Assembly: GCA_019058015.1 (NCBI GenBank)
Contig: JAHLWH010000024.1
Location: forward strand, 1-62,479
Length of the DNA stretch: 62,479 nucleotides
Direction of reading: 5' to 3'
DNA from: Promethearchaeota archaeon
GTDB taxonomy: Archaea > Asgardarchaeota > Lokiarchaeia > Sigyniarchaeales > SOKP01
The translations under genes were made by a program, and so were the position numbers. A model generated the notes under the pieces. That model ran no database searches. It saw nothing but the letters and a program-made list of their open reading frames with translations, and was not told the DNA's origin. Below, piece after piece: positions 8,693-18,463 of this stretch (within the stretch, counting starts at the first letter, position 1; each line of letters opens with the position of its first letter).

Positions 8693-10555
8693 TTATAGCA
8701 ATGCCTTAAGAAAGTCCTTAAATAAAACATAATTATTTAGTATTTCATAAGATAATACTAAATTGATAATTTTAAAATTATTGTTAGTAAATATGGATTT
8801 TAAAATTTTTGGGATATCCCCACCTTTAAAAACTCCATTATCGAGAATAAAACTTATTTTATTTCCCAATTTACTGTTTATTTTTGATTGAATCAAATTG
8901 TTTATAGTGGGATCAGACTCCATAATAATTGTAGGTGCATTTAAATACGGAATGAAATCCAAATTGAAAAGATAAATATCATTATTCATTTGTGAAAAAT
9001 TTGATTTGAAAAAATGTTCAATTGTTTTTTTTATTGTGAGAGAATCATTTTCAGTATACTTTCGTTTTATGGGCAATGTGTAATATGCAAATGAATTACT
9101 GTTTTCTTTCTTTAATTCATTATAAATCCTATCAAAAAAGGGAAATGTATGAAATGAATACCCAAATAGACAAAATACTATTGTTTTAAAATTAAAATTT
9201 TTAGTTAATATATTCTCACTTATATTACCCTCCATATTTGCAAAATTTGATAATTCCCCAAAAACAGTTGAAGAATATGTATTTATCAAGAAACATTGAT
9301 TAATTACAATGAAGGAATCAATTCTTGTGCGTGTTTCATCAACCATTTTATAGATTATATCAAATAGGTCCTCTTTGATTTTTTTTCTCAATTTTTTTTC
9401 TTTAAGTGATTTTATGTAAGCATCAGCAGCTTTTGGAGAATCCAATTCAGCAAGAGCATGAATAGAATTTATAAATAGATGAAAATTAAAATTATTAAAC
9501 TTATTTTTTGCTAAATTAATGGATTTTTCAGAAAGAAGTGTTTTTAAAATGGTTTGTATAAGTTCCAATACTTTTGATTTATTATTTTGAGCCAATAATG
9601 CAGAACAAATCTCAAATAAAACTAATATCCTTAAAGTTAAATCTTCAATAAGATTTGATAATTTTATAGCTAATAAAGGTTCTTCCTTTAGGCATTTGAA
9701 TAATATTTCTGATAGTAATGTTTCTTTTAATTTAGAGTCATCAATTAGTATTGCAATTTGGCTTGCTTGCTCAGTATCAGTTGAAACTAGATCCAATGCG
9801 ATATTTTTGTAAAGATTTTCTTTTTTTTTCTTATCAGGAATCACACCAGCATAATCAACGGCTTCTTTTACATTAATAAATGCATATGCTCTAACCAAAT
9901 CAGAGTATAAATTCCATCGTTCATCAACATCTGATAATCTTTCAATTATTTTAAATGATTTTACAAGTTCCTTTTTCGTAAAGTAGGCTTTTGCAATTTT
10001 TTTAATTATGATATTTTTTTGTTCGGGAGGACAAAATGGAGAGGAAGGTTCTTCACTATATTCTGATGCAACAGGGGGTTCATCGGGTAGATCTAATTTA
10101 TTAAGAGCTTCTTGAATTTCAATATCACTCATATTTACTACAAACTCATCTTTAAAGAAAAGATCCTCCATATCTGATGAAGAAATGTATTCTTTACCAA
10201 AAATCTCATTAATTTTACTTATTGACACAATCTCTCTTATTTTTTGAACTTTAACGGTGTATTGAACAGTTTTCAGATGAGTTATATTAAATGTAATTTT
10301 TCCTTGTCCGTCAATTTTAGGGCGTAAATTTATTTTAAACTGCTGAGTTTCATTCCCTTTAAATTGTAAACCTTTAGTAAATTCTTCGGATTGTATAATT
10401 TCTAAATTCTCTCCACTAATAATTAATTTATAAAGTTCTGAATTTGCAGAATTATTTGTAATTTGAAAATTCAACTGAAAATCTTGATTAAGAATTAAAA
10501 TTTTCTGAGGAAAATTTAAAAAATCCAATCTTACTATATTTTGAGATTGAGACAT
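8693..10555 (-). CDS. Hypothetical 620-aa protein (N-terminal beta-sandwich-like region, helical-repeat middle, alpha/beta C-terminus)
   Basis: Long ORF on the same strand and tightly spaced with the ligase and amidohydrolase genes. I recognise no family motif. Confidence 0.5.
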   Translation of the reverse strand: MSQSQNIVRLDFLNFPQKILILNQDFQLNFQITNNSANSELYKLIISGENLEIIQSEEFTKGLQFKGNETQQFKINLRPKIDGQGKITFNITHLKTVQYTVKVQKIREIVSISKINEIFGKEYISSSDMEDLFFKDEFVVNMSDIEIQEALNKLDLPDEPPVASEYSEEPSSPFCPPEQKNIIIKKIAKAYFTKKELVKSFKIIERLSDVDERWNLYSDLVRAYAFINVKEAVDYAGVIPDKKKKENLYKNIALDLVSTDTEQASQIAILIDDSKLKETLLSEILFKCLKEEPLLAIKLSNLIEDLTLRILVLFEICSALLAQNNKSKVLELIQTILKTLLSEKSINLAKNKFNNFNFHLFINSIHALAELDSPKAADAYIKSLKEKKLRKKIKEDLFDIIYKMVDETRTRIDSFIVINQCFLINTYSSTVFGELSNFANMEGNISENILTKNFNFKTIVFCLFGYSFHTFPFFDRIYNELKKENSNSFAYYTLPIKRKYTENDSLTIKKTIEHFFKSNFSQMNNDIYLFNLDFIPYLNAPTIIMESDPTINNLIQSKINSKLGNKISFILDNGVFKGGDIPKILKSIFTNNNFKIINLVLSYEILNNYVLFKDFLKALL

Positions 10556-10724
10556 ATTACCTTTTAATCCTTAACGCTTTATAATAATAAATTCCTTTTC
10601 ATTTAAGTTTTTAACTTTTATTTTTAATAAATATTTTTTTTTGGATTTCAATTTTGAAACATTTTTGAGATTATAATAATAATATTCAAGATTAAATTTT
10701 ATTTTTTGGTAATTAGCAATTATT

Positions 10725-10892
10725 TTAAAATTTAAAAGTAAAACCTTCTTTTGTAAGAACTGCGCTATCAAAATTGTTTTTAAACCAACTATGATTATCA
10801 GTATGAACTGGAATTATAACATTCGGATTAATCGTTTCTATTGCCCATTTAATATCCTTTTTTGATGCATGTCCAATAGTATCAGTATGTTT
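10725..10892 (-). pseudogene. 3' remnant (55 codons) of an MBL-fold / beta-CASP (RNase J-like) hydrolase gene, lacking start and N-terminal domains
   Basis: The minus-strand frame reads KHTDTIGHASKKDIKWAIETINPNVIIPVHTDNHSWFKNNFDSAVLTKEGFTFKF*. The H-x-x-x-x-GHAS ... P..IIPVHT blocks are the C-terminal signature of MBL/beta-CASP enzymes. The frame opens immediately after a TAA at 10895-10893, 8 nt from the methyltransferase stop. Confidence 0.6.
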
Positions 10893-10900
10893 TTAAATAA

Positions 10901-12445
10901 TTATTTACTTTTGTGTAATTGCTTCATTTTTTTCAAGGTATTATCAATAATATCATCAATAGATTTTCGTTTATTAAAATCATTGGTATTAAGTATTTCT
11001 TTGGTTAAATTCGCTATATTTTTTAATTCTTCATTACCAAATATAGGAATTTTTATGTTTGACATAACTCTTTGGGTAAACGCAATTCTATAACCTCTTT
11101 TCGCACCGTGGGATAAATAATACTGTCGAAAAAAAACACTGTTCAAATATCCTAATAAAAAGTATGGATCTATATTAAAAGGAATAATCACTAACACATC
11201 ACCTGATGGATAAGCTTTCATATCACTAATACTGAATCTATTTACTTTACTTCGATCCAATGTTGGGACAAAAATTTTTGGCAATTCCATATATTTATCT
11301 AAAATCTTTTTATTTCTCAAGGCTTGCCAATGAAACCATTTTTTATGATTCGGCATATATCTAGTGGACATTTGTTCTTTAAATTCAACCATCTTCTTAT
11401 AGATATTTGGATAATTTTTACTTAGATATATTTCATCTTTTATTTTTTCATCCATCAGAATATATTTCTCAAAACCTTCGACCCTAAAACCTTTACAATT
11501 CATAGCTTTAATAAAATTAAAAATTAAGTTCTTTTCTCTTTCATTATAATATTTATCTTCATTTACTTTAATCCTAAACGCCTTGTCAAAACCAGAAACT
11601 AATCCAACTCCAACAAAGGCAATATCTTTTAATTTCTTATACTCTGGAATATCAATTGAAGGATATGAAGACCAAATTTCTCTATAATTACTAAAATTTT
11701 GTTTAGTATAGTAGAAAAAAAGTTCATTCTCTTTTTTTTCTTTTAGAGATTGAATGAATTTTTTAAGAATTAAATTTGGTTTTGCTTTCCTATGTTTTAT
11801 TCGAAAGACCTTAATTTTATTATGACGTCTATTTTTTGCCTTAATAAATTTAAAGATGATAGTTTCAGGGTGTTCCCCCTCAAATAATGAAACCTCGTCA
11901 AGATCAATTAAGATTTCAAAATAACCATTTTCCAAAATTTTTTTTCTAACAATTTCTGCATGAGTATTATAAAAGAATTGATAAGGAACTATATAGATTA
12001 ATTCTCCATTTTCTCTGAGAAATTCAATTGATTTAATAATAAAGGCATAATAAATATCGGATTCTCCAGTTTTTGTTAAAGAAAATACTTCTTTTTGAAT
12101 TTTCTTTGGTAATGAATTATAATGCGAATAAGGTGGATTTCCAATAATCACATTATACTTCTTAGGATTTTCCCAAATTAAAAAATCATTATTATATAAC
12201 TCAATGTCTTCAAAAGATGACCTAAGATAATCACATAAACCTGGATCTATTTCAATTCCATCAATATTAGTAAAGCCAGATGATATTAAATTCTTTAAAA
12301 AAATGCCTTTACCGCAACCACTATCCAAAATATGACAATCTTTGGGTTGATTGATTAATGTTACCATTAATTGAGATATTTCAGGAGGAGTTTCAACAAA
12401 AGAAATAAACTGATTGACGTTAGATATAGGTTTCTTTTTTGACAT
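10901..12445 (-). CDS. N6-adenine DNA methyltransferase (gamma-class, Eco57I/TaqI-like) with a C-terminal target-recognition region
   Basis: Motif I is ILDSGCGKGIF and motif IV is IIGNPPYSH (NPPY), in the order I then IV. The protein is 514 aa. Confidence 0.8.
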   Translation of the reverse strand: MSKKKPISNVNQFISFVETPPEISQLMVTLINQPKDCHILDSGCGKGIFLKNLISSGFTNIDGIEIDPGLCDYLRSSFEDIELYNNDFLIWENPKKYNVIIGNPPYSHYNSLPKKIQKEVFSLTKTGESDIYYAFIIKSIEFLRENGELIYIVPYQFFYNTHAEIVRKKILENGYFEILIDLDEVSLFEGEHPETIIFKFIKAKNRRHNKIKVFRIKHRKAKPNLILKKFIQSLKEKKENELFFYYTKQNFSNYREIWSSYPSIDIPEYKKLKDIAFVGVGLVSGFDKAFRIKVNEDKYYNEREKNLIFNFIKAMNCKGFRVEGFEKYILMDEKIKDEIYLSKNYPNIYKKMVEFKEQMSTRYMPNHKKWFHWQALRNKKILDKYMELPKIFVPTLDRSKVNRFSISDMKAYPSGDVLVIIPFNIDPYFLLGYLNSVFFRQYYLSHGAKRGYRIAFTQRVMSNIKIPIFGNEELKNIANLTKEILNTNDFNKRKSIDDIIDNTLKKMKQLHKSK

Positions 12446-12490
12446 ATTCCTCCTCTAGTTATATATTATAAAAACAGAATTATAAGAAAT

Positions 12491-15280
12491 TCATTTTGAA
12501 ATTATTACCTTAATATTAGCTAATACATGGGGTTCTAAAATAATTTCTAATTGATTTGTGTCGATTTGAGAAATTTTTGCTTTTATTCTATTAGTTGGTT
12601 GCTCTTCTAAAAGATTTAGAATTTCAATATTTTTAATATTATTATAAAAACCGAGTTTTGCCTTTTCAGTATTGTTTGAAATATTTATTAGGCGTATTAT
12701 TAAATAATCTCCACCTTCAGCCTTTTTTAAGGCAGATAATTGCACATTGGGGTTGTCAATTTTTAGAAAGCTAAAGCTTAATGGAAGATTTTTTGGTTTA
12801 TGTTGTAATTCCAATTTCAAAAAAATCATTCCTAAGAAAAGGATTTTATTTAATGCACGATACATTGAATTTACACTTGAAGGAAGAAATGTAATTAAGG
12901 GACAATTGAATTCTTTACCATAAATATGTATTCTTGAATTTAACCAATCACCTAAACCTTCTTGGATTACCAGTGAAAATTCAAAAGTATGGTTTCCTAA
13001 ACACTGTGCTTCAGGTGTTTTTAAATCGGGACCTGCATTTGATGCACGAGTAGCTAAATCTGCCCTTGATAGCCATTCAACGCACCTTAATAATGTGATT
13101 GCAAGAGTTATTGTTCCATCTTCATTCTGTATTGCCTCATATTCGGATAAACCCTTGTTTAAAACTGCGAAACATATCTTATCATCACTGACAGCAACAA
13201 AATCCTTCTCATGATTAGTTCCAAGTGCCCTTTGTGCCCATTTATCATCATTAGGCAACTCCACATTTCTTGGAACCACATAAAAGTGTCCATCTGCATG
13301 AACTACCTTACTTTTAATGCTTGTGGGAAAGAGAACTCGTAATCGATGATCTTTGCTATCATTGTTATATTCTACCTTGAAATCAATTCTCTTTATATCT
13401 TCATAAAGAGTAATATATAGAGACAATTGATTGTTAATTAATTCCTTGGCTCGTTCAGAACGGTCTTTAGATAATGATACCGGAAGATTGAAAATATATT
13501 CAATTTTTCCAGTAATTTGAGTAGATCCTTTTACAACAAGATTATATTTCCAACCTTTAAAACTAGTTGATAATATTCGTTTATCACCAGTACCTTTTTT
13601 TGGCCACGAGTAATCATATTCATCACCCCAATCTCCAATATCTTCGAAGATACATATATTTTTATATTTTTTACCACTTTCTTTATCTAATACATTTAAT
13701 GCTCCATCCTCATTGATGGCGATTTTAAAATATGTGTTTTCTAATACATTCTTTTCTGCTTTTAAGAGTAAAATTCCTTGATTGCTTATATCTTTTGGAT
13801 TTTCCCCCATAATAAAATAATAAACCTTATAACCCAATGCAGGGACATGTGCTAAAAATGTGAAACGATAAGTACTATTATGTTCTTCTGTATACCTTGG
13901 TTGTTCTTCAATCAAAAAGTTCTGAGTAGGAATTTCTTCTCCGTTATTGTCAACTAATCTTACGGGATCTGGATATTTTTCTGACTTTTCCTTTGTTGGA
14001 ATTATTAAATCAAAGAATGTAACATCCTTTCGATCCCACGGAAGAGGATTAAGAATAAATAGAGCAATTTTCTTACCTTCAGTTTTGTCCAACTTTACTT
14101 GTTTAACAATTTCTAAAAAGGAATCCTTTAATATTTCCTTTCCAATTTGCTCCGCCCATTGAAATCTTGTTTTCATTTCTTGATGAACTTCATCAATGCT
14201 ACACCCACAAATACTATCATGTGGATGATTTTTCATCAACCATGTCCATCCTGTCCATAAATAATCCTTTGGATATTCAAAAGAATCAGTATTATCCAAC
14301 GCCCAAGCCATTGTAGAGAATGGTTCTGCGTATTTTTCATATAAATGTTCAATTTCAGTATTTTGTTGCTTTATCCACATTCTGGATGAAAAAACACCTG
14401 ATAATAAATGAAAGTATCGCCCCCATCTCAATTCTCCTTGATATGTTTTCAATTTAGGATTGAATTTTAAGACTTCATTAATATAATATTCGAAATCTTG
14501 TTGGACTAAAACTTTATCTTTACCATATTCCTCATTCCATTGACTCACAATTGTAGAGATTTCAGGTTGTGCATACAAATGATCTGAACCATTATTCAAT
14601 AAAACTACATCAGAAGCAATAAACTTTTCTAAATTCTTAACTCGCCTTCTAATTTGTCTTAGAGCGTTTTTATATTTCCCATCATGTAAGTTTGTATTTA
14701 TATTCGCAATTGAACCATATCCCAATATTAAATGTATCGCTAGGATGGAAGCTGCATTTCCAGGAGCATGCCAATTAAATTCCATATTAAGGTTATTTTC
14801 TTCAAATTCATTACCAAAACCTCTCATAAAGAAAAAAGAAGGTATCTCAAAACCACTTAAAATCTGTGGAAGCTGTGCAATGTGCCCAAATGGGTCTGGA
14901 ATATATCCTGCTTTCATTATTCTTCCGAAAGATCTGGCAATTTTATGCCCTAACATTAAATTTCTTATCAATGATTCTCCACTAATTAGAAATTCATCTG
15001 GTAGAATGAAAAATGGACCAATTGATAATCGACCCTCTTTAACATATTTTTCTATTTCTTTTCTCTTTTGGGGTTTTACTTCTAAATAATCTAAAACTGG
15101 GATCGTTTGTCCATCTAATGTAAAATTAGAATAATTTTTATCCTTCCTTAAAATTTCTAATAGTCGATCCATAAGCTGAACAAGTCTTGCTCTATACTCT
15201 TGAAAGGGTAGGTACCATTCCCTATCCCAATGAGTTTCTGGTGTAATCACAATCTTATTAGCATTCATAATAAAATCCAT
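12491..15280 (-). CDS. Glycoside hydrolase family 38 (alpha-mannosidase / mannosylglycerate hydrolase-like)
   Basis: N-terminal ITPETHWDREWY, with HPHDSICGCS later, fits the GH38 bacterial/archaeal type. The protein is 929 aa. Confidence 0.8.
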   Translation of the reverse strand: MDFIMNANKIVITPETHWDREWYLPFQEYRARLVQLMDRLLEILRKDKNYSNFTLDGQTIPVLDYLEVKPQKRKEIEKYVKEGRLSIGPFFILPDEFLISGESLIRNLMLGHKIARSFGRIMKAGYIPDPFGHIAQLPQILSGFEIPSFFFMRGFGNEFEENNLNMEFNWHAPGNAASILAIHLILGYGSIANINTNLHDGKYKNALRQIRRRVKNLEKFIASDVVLLNNGSDHLYAQPEISTIVSQWNEEYGKDKVLVQQDFEYYINEVLKFNPKLKTYQGELRWGRYFHLLSGVFSSRMWIKQQNTEIEHLYEKYAEPFSTMAWALDNTDSFEYPKDYLWTGWTWLMKNHPHDSICGCSIDEVHQEMKTRFQWAEQIGKEILKDSFLEIVKQVKLDKTEGKKIALFILNPLPWDRKDVTFFDLIIPTKEKSEKYPDPVRLVDNNGEEIPTQNFLIEEQPRYTEEHNSTYRFTFLAHVPALGYKVYYFIMGENPKDISNQGILLLKAEKNVLENTYFKIAINEDGALNVLDKESGKKYKNICIFEDIGDWGDEYDYSWPKKGTGDKRILSTSFKGWKYNLVVKGSTQITGKIEYIFNLPVSLSKDRSERAKELINNQLSLYITLYEDIKRIDFKVEYNNDSKDHRLRVLFPTSIKSKVVHADGHFYVVPRNVELPNDDKWAQRALGTNHEKDFVAVSDDKICFAVLNKGLSEYEAIQNEDGTITLAITLLRCVEWLSRADLATRASNAGPDLKTPEAQCLGNHTFEFSLVIQEGLGDWLNSRIHIYGKEFNCPLITFLPSSVNSMYRALNKILFLGMIFLKLELQHKPKNLPLSFSFLKIDNPNVQLSALKKAEGGDYLIIRLINISNNTEKAKLGFYNNIKNIEILNLLEEQPTNRIKAKISQIDTNQLEIILEPHVLANIKVIISK

Positions 15281-15483
15281 AAGTCGATTATATTCTATAT
15301 TAAAAAATAATGTTAATATGTTTAATTAAGTTTCAAAAAAAGATTTAATGAAGAAATATTGCGTAAAATTTTTTTTATCATAAGTTATTGTAGTGATAAA
15401 TTTAATTTTATGAATAATTATAATAGATTTTTTACTAATAATAATTTGAGATATTAAAACTTAAATAAAAAAAGGAACCTCAT

Positions 15484-15801
15484 TTGAAAAAAGAGGTATT
15501 CAAAAAAAAAATGAAAGATTTAAAGGAAATCGAGATTAATCTGAAAAAAAATAGATCTATCTTGAAGGAAAAATTCAAAGTTAAGAAATTGGGCATATTT
15601 GGTTCTTATGCTAAAGGGGAATCATCAGAAAAAAGTGATATTGATATTTTAGTTGAGTTCTATGAACCAATTGGATGGGAGTTCTTTGACCTCAAAGATT
15701 TTCTTGAGGATCAGTTGTCTATAGGAGTTGATTTAGTTACAATAAAAGCTTTAAAACCACAGCTTAAAGATAGTATTTTGAAAGAAGTGATTTATCCATG
15801 A
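15484..15801 (+). CDS. mntA: Minimal nucleotidyltransferase (MNT) antitoxin of an MNT-HEPN pair; the real start is possibly ATG 15511
   Basis: GIFGSYAKGE...SDIDILVEF is the pol-beta NTase signature (GS-x-x-x-GE, D-x-D). A GAGGT lies about 10 nt upstream of ATG 15511. Confidence 0.8.
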   Translation: MKKEVFKKKMKDLKEIEINLKKNRSILKEKFKVKKLGIFGSYAKGESSEKSDIDILVEFYEPIGWEFFDLKDFLEDQLSIGVDLVTIKALKPQLKDSILKEVIYP

Positions 15802-16148
15802 AAAGGAGATCTTATAAATTATTTGTTGAAGATATATTAAACGCAATGAACAAAATTGAACGTTATATCAAAGGATTAACTTATGAGATGTTTGGGAAAA
15901 ATGAAATGGTTGTTGATGCTGTTATAAGAAATTTAGAGATTATTGGTGAAGCATCAAAAAATATTCCAGAAATAATATCAAAAAAATTTCTTGATATTCC
16001 TTGGAGGAGAATGATTGGATTAAGAAATATAACAATTCATGAATATTTCGGAGTTGATCTGGATATTATTTGGGAAATTATTACTAAAAATATACCTGAA
16101 ACAAAACCGAAAATTGTTGATATGAATAGAAGATTGAAAGAAAATTAG
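15798..16148 (+). CDS. hepT: HEPN (DUF86) toxin of an MNT-HEPN pair
   Basis: The R-x4-H motif is GLRNITIHEY. There is a 4-nt ATGA overlap with the MNT gene. Confidence 0.8.
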   Translation: MKRRSYKLFVEDILNAMNKIERYIKGLTYEMFGKNEMVVDAVIRNLEIIGEASKNIPEIISKKFLDIPWRRMIGLRNITIHEYFGVDLDIIWEIITKNIPETKPKIVDMNRRLKEN

Positions 16149-16155
16149 TAAAAAG

Positions 16156-16478
16156 TAAAAATTTTTAAAATCCAGAGCTAGGCCAGCCTTTCATCAATTA
16201 AATATAAATTTTTTAGTTAATTGAATTATTAATTGGATTTTTTTTAAAATTTGAAAACTTTAGCATTCTTCAGTAATGGTTTGATTTATCTTGGGAACTT
16301 TAATCTAGAACTTGTCTTACTCGGGAATTTTTCGATTATAACACCTGTGGAATTAGTGAGTTAGCTCTTTCTTTATCTTCTTTTAGATTTTTAAATAATT
16401 CTTGGTTGCTTAATCCACCAGATATTATAAAAGAGATTTGTAATAATTCTCCCTTATTCAATGTTCCACAGTTCCATG
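16156..16478. repeat. Direct repeat copy 1 (~323 bp), homologous to 18464-18788
   Basis: Alignment by eye gives about 80-85% identity, with a 37-nt identical core (aaaatccagagctaggccagcctttcatcaattaaat) at 16167-16203. Confidence 0.85.
16259..16478 (-). pseudogene. Decayed 3' fragment of a paralog of the 18567-19298 gene
   Basis: It encodes ...NCGTLNKGELLQISFIISGGLSNQELFKNLKEDKERANSLIPQVL*, compared with NFGTLNKGELLQIPIIISGGLSKEELLSNLKEGKKRANSLIPQVLKS... in the intact gene. A premature TAA replaces AAA, and recognisable but stop-containing sequence follows. Confidence 0.7.
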
Positions 16479-16483
16479 AGTAA

Positions 16484-17383
16484 TTATATATTATGACTAA
16501 AAACGATTTTATAGAGGTCATTGACAAATTTATGTTGATTTCCGAGAATTTTATTGTTGTCTAAAGATAATATACGGAATTTAACAATGATATGAGAGGT
16601 AAAACCAATAATGTAATATCTTGGTTTAAAACCAAATTTTTTTTTATATTTTATACATAATTTTTCAATGTTATCTAATTTTATTCGAAATTTTTCATAT
16701 TGTAAGTGCATTTTAAAAGTATAAGTATGTAAATCTGGATTATGTTTCCTCGAAAATGTTCTAAAATAAGCTATTAAATCAGTATTTTTTTCAACTATTT
16801 TATCTATATCTGATTTCATTTTTATTCGAACATCTCCTTTATCTTGTGGGCTTTGAACCTTCTTTTTAAAATCCACATATCGTTTAATATTTCTTAATTT
16901 AGTTGTATAATTGACAATTTTAGAGGAAATGACTTCACTATTTGATTTTACAATAAATATATTGTCAAAAGTTTCAAGAATAACTTTAGTTATAGATATA
17001 GATCTTACTATTCCTTTATCAGTATCTATTTTTACAATATCTCCAATATCAAACGGTCCGATCGAGATTAAAACGAATCCAGCCATAAAATTAGCAAAAA
17101 TTTCACTTGATGCAAATGCTATCGCTGTACTTGTGACACCTGTAAGGATTGCCTTATAAGTTGGATCAATAAGTTCAAATGAAGGAAATCCTTCTAGAAT
17201 AAAGAAAATTACTATAATTACCGAAATCACCCTTATAATAAAATAGATTATATTTTTTTGTTGAATAGATACCTTTTTGCTTTTATCCAGAAAAAAAGAA
17301 ATAACTTTATTAATAAAAAACAGTGAAACCGCAATAATTATAATATAAACAATAGCTTCTAAATCAAAATTAAAAATCGCCAT
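16484..17383 (-). CDS. Small-conductance mechanosensitive channel (MscS family)
   Basis: N-terminal TM helices are followed by FDIGDIVKIDTDKGIVRSISITKVILETFDNIFIVKSNSEVISSKIVNYT, the MscS beta-domain pattern. Confidence 0.75.
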   Translation of the reverse strand: MAIFNFDLEAIVYIIIIAVSLFFINKVISFFLDKSKKVSIQQKNIIYFIIRVISVIIVIFFILEGFPSFELIDPTYKAILTGVTSTAIAFASSEIFANFMAGFVLISIGPFDIGDIVKIDTDKGIVRSISITKVILETFDNIFIVKSNSEVISSKIVNYTTKLRNIKRYVDFKKKVQSPQDKGDVRIKMKSDIDKIVEKNTDLIAYFRTFSRKHNPDLHTYTFKMHLQYEKFRIKLDNIEKLCIKYKKKFGFKPRYYIIGFTSHIIVKFRILSLDNNKILGNQHKFVNDLYKIVFSHNI

Positions 17384-17386
17384 AAA

Positions 17387-18328
17387 TTATTTAGCCTCCC
17401 CTTTAGATTTCAATTTAAGTTCATTATCCTTGTAAGATTCCCACCCATCAAAAACATCATCGTAATATAATTGAAAGATACATTCTTTCAGAAAATTATC
17501 TGTGTATTGCAAAATTAGCAGTGGTCTTTTAGCCATCAGATAAAATATTACAATACATCGAAAACCAGTAGTTTTAATAACATATTCTGGCCTAATCCCA
17601 AAAATCTTTTCATATTTGTCAAAAACTGATGATAATAAATTTTCAAGTTTATTTGGATCTATTTTAGTTAATATTTCTACAGTTTTAGTATATTTTGTTA
17701 TCTTTTCTTCCCTCAATAATAACTTATCAATATTCTTCAAATATTTTTTATATTTTTTCTTCTTAGTTTGAGTTTCTTCATCCATTAATTGTTCAATAGG
17801 CTTTAATTTTCTATAAGTAAATTTTTTTAAAGATTTATTTAAAACATCTCGATTTGGTATATACGTAATTACTCCATCAAATTCCTTAATTTTAGTATAA
17901 TTCAATGAAACTTCATTTACTATTCCTTGAACTTCATTTGTTTCGATTAAATCACCAACTTCAAATGGTTCTGTTGCTAATAATATTGCACCAGACGCGA
18001 TATTGTTTATTATATTTTTTAAAGTTAAAGAAATCGCAACTACTAAAAATGCAACAAGAGATACTACAAGATCAGAAGATATTAAAAACAGTAACCAGAA
18101 TATGAAAACGATCCAAACAATATTAAAACTAGCTGAAATAACAACTATGTAAATACGACGTTTAAAAACTAAATTTGCTAAACGAATAAAAACAAAACGT
18201 AATATAAAAATTATGACATTTAAAATGATTAAATTAACAATAATTTGATCCCAATTTGAGAAAAAATATATCCATAATATAAATAGAGTAATTAAAATAG
18301 ACAAAATTGCCTGATATTTTTTTTTCAT
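17387..18328 (-). CDS. Small-conductance mechanosensitive channel (MscS family), divergent paralog
   Basis: TM helices are followed by FEVGDLIETNEVQGIVNEVSLNYTKIKEFDGVITYIPNRDVLNKSLKKFT. It lies 3 nt from the neighbouring MscS gene. Confidence 0.75.
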   Translation of the reverse strand: MKKKYQAILSILITLFILWIYFFSNWDQIIVNLIILNVIIFILRFVFIRLANLVFKRRIYIVVISASFNIVWIVFIFWLLFLISSDLVVSLVAFLVVAISLTLKNIINNIASGAILLATEPFEVGDLIETNEVQGIVNEVSLNYTKIKEFDGVITYIPNRDVLNKSLKKFTYRKLKPIEQLMDEETQTKKKKYKKYLKNIDKLLLREEKITKYTKTVEILTKIDPNKLENLLSSVFDKYEKIFGIRPEYVIKTTGFRCIVIFYLMAKRPLLILQYTDNFLKECIFQLYYDDVFDGWESYKDNELKLKSKGEAK

Positions 18329-18463
18329 CTTAAATTAACTCTTGTCAATTATTTAAATTTTTATTAATTCACCTTTTATTTAATACTTTAAAATTATTAC
18401 TTGATAAATATTTTTTTTGCCGTTTTAAATCAACACAGTATTTATTTTTAATTTATAAAAAAG

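Noticed and set aside
10901-15280. The methyltransferase and its neighbour might form a complete restriction-modification system.
   Set aside because: The adjacent large gene is a GH38 glycosidase (HWDREWY motif), not an endonuclease. I saw no nuclease or specificity subunit within several kb.
16167-16203. The conserved 37-nt core might be a C/D-box sRNA, because the minus-strand RNA contains UGAUGA.
   Set aside because: The would-be D box reads CUGG rather than CUGA. There is no second C'/D' pair and no obvious guide region. The element is kept only as an unexplained conserved element.
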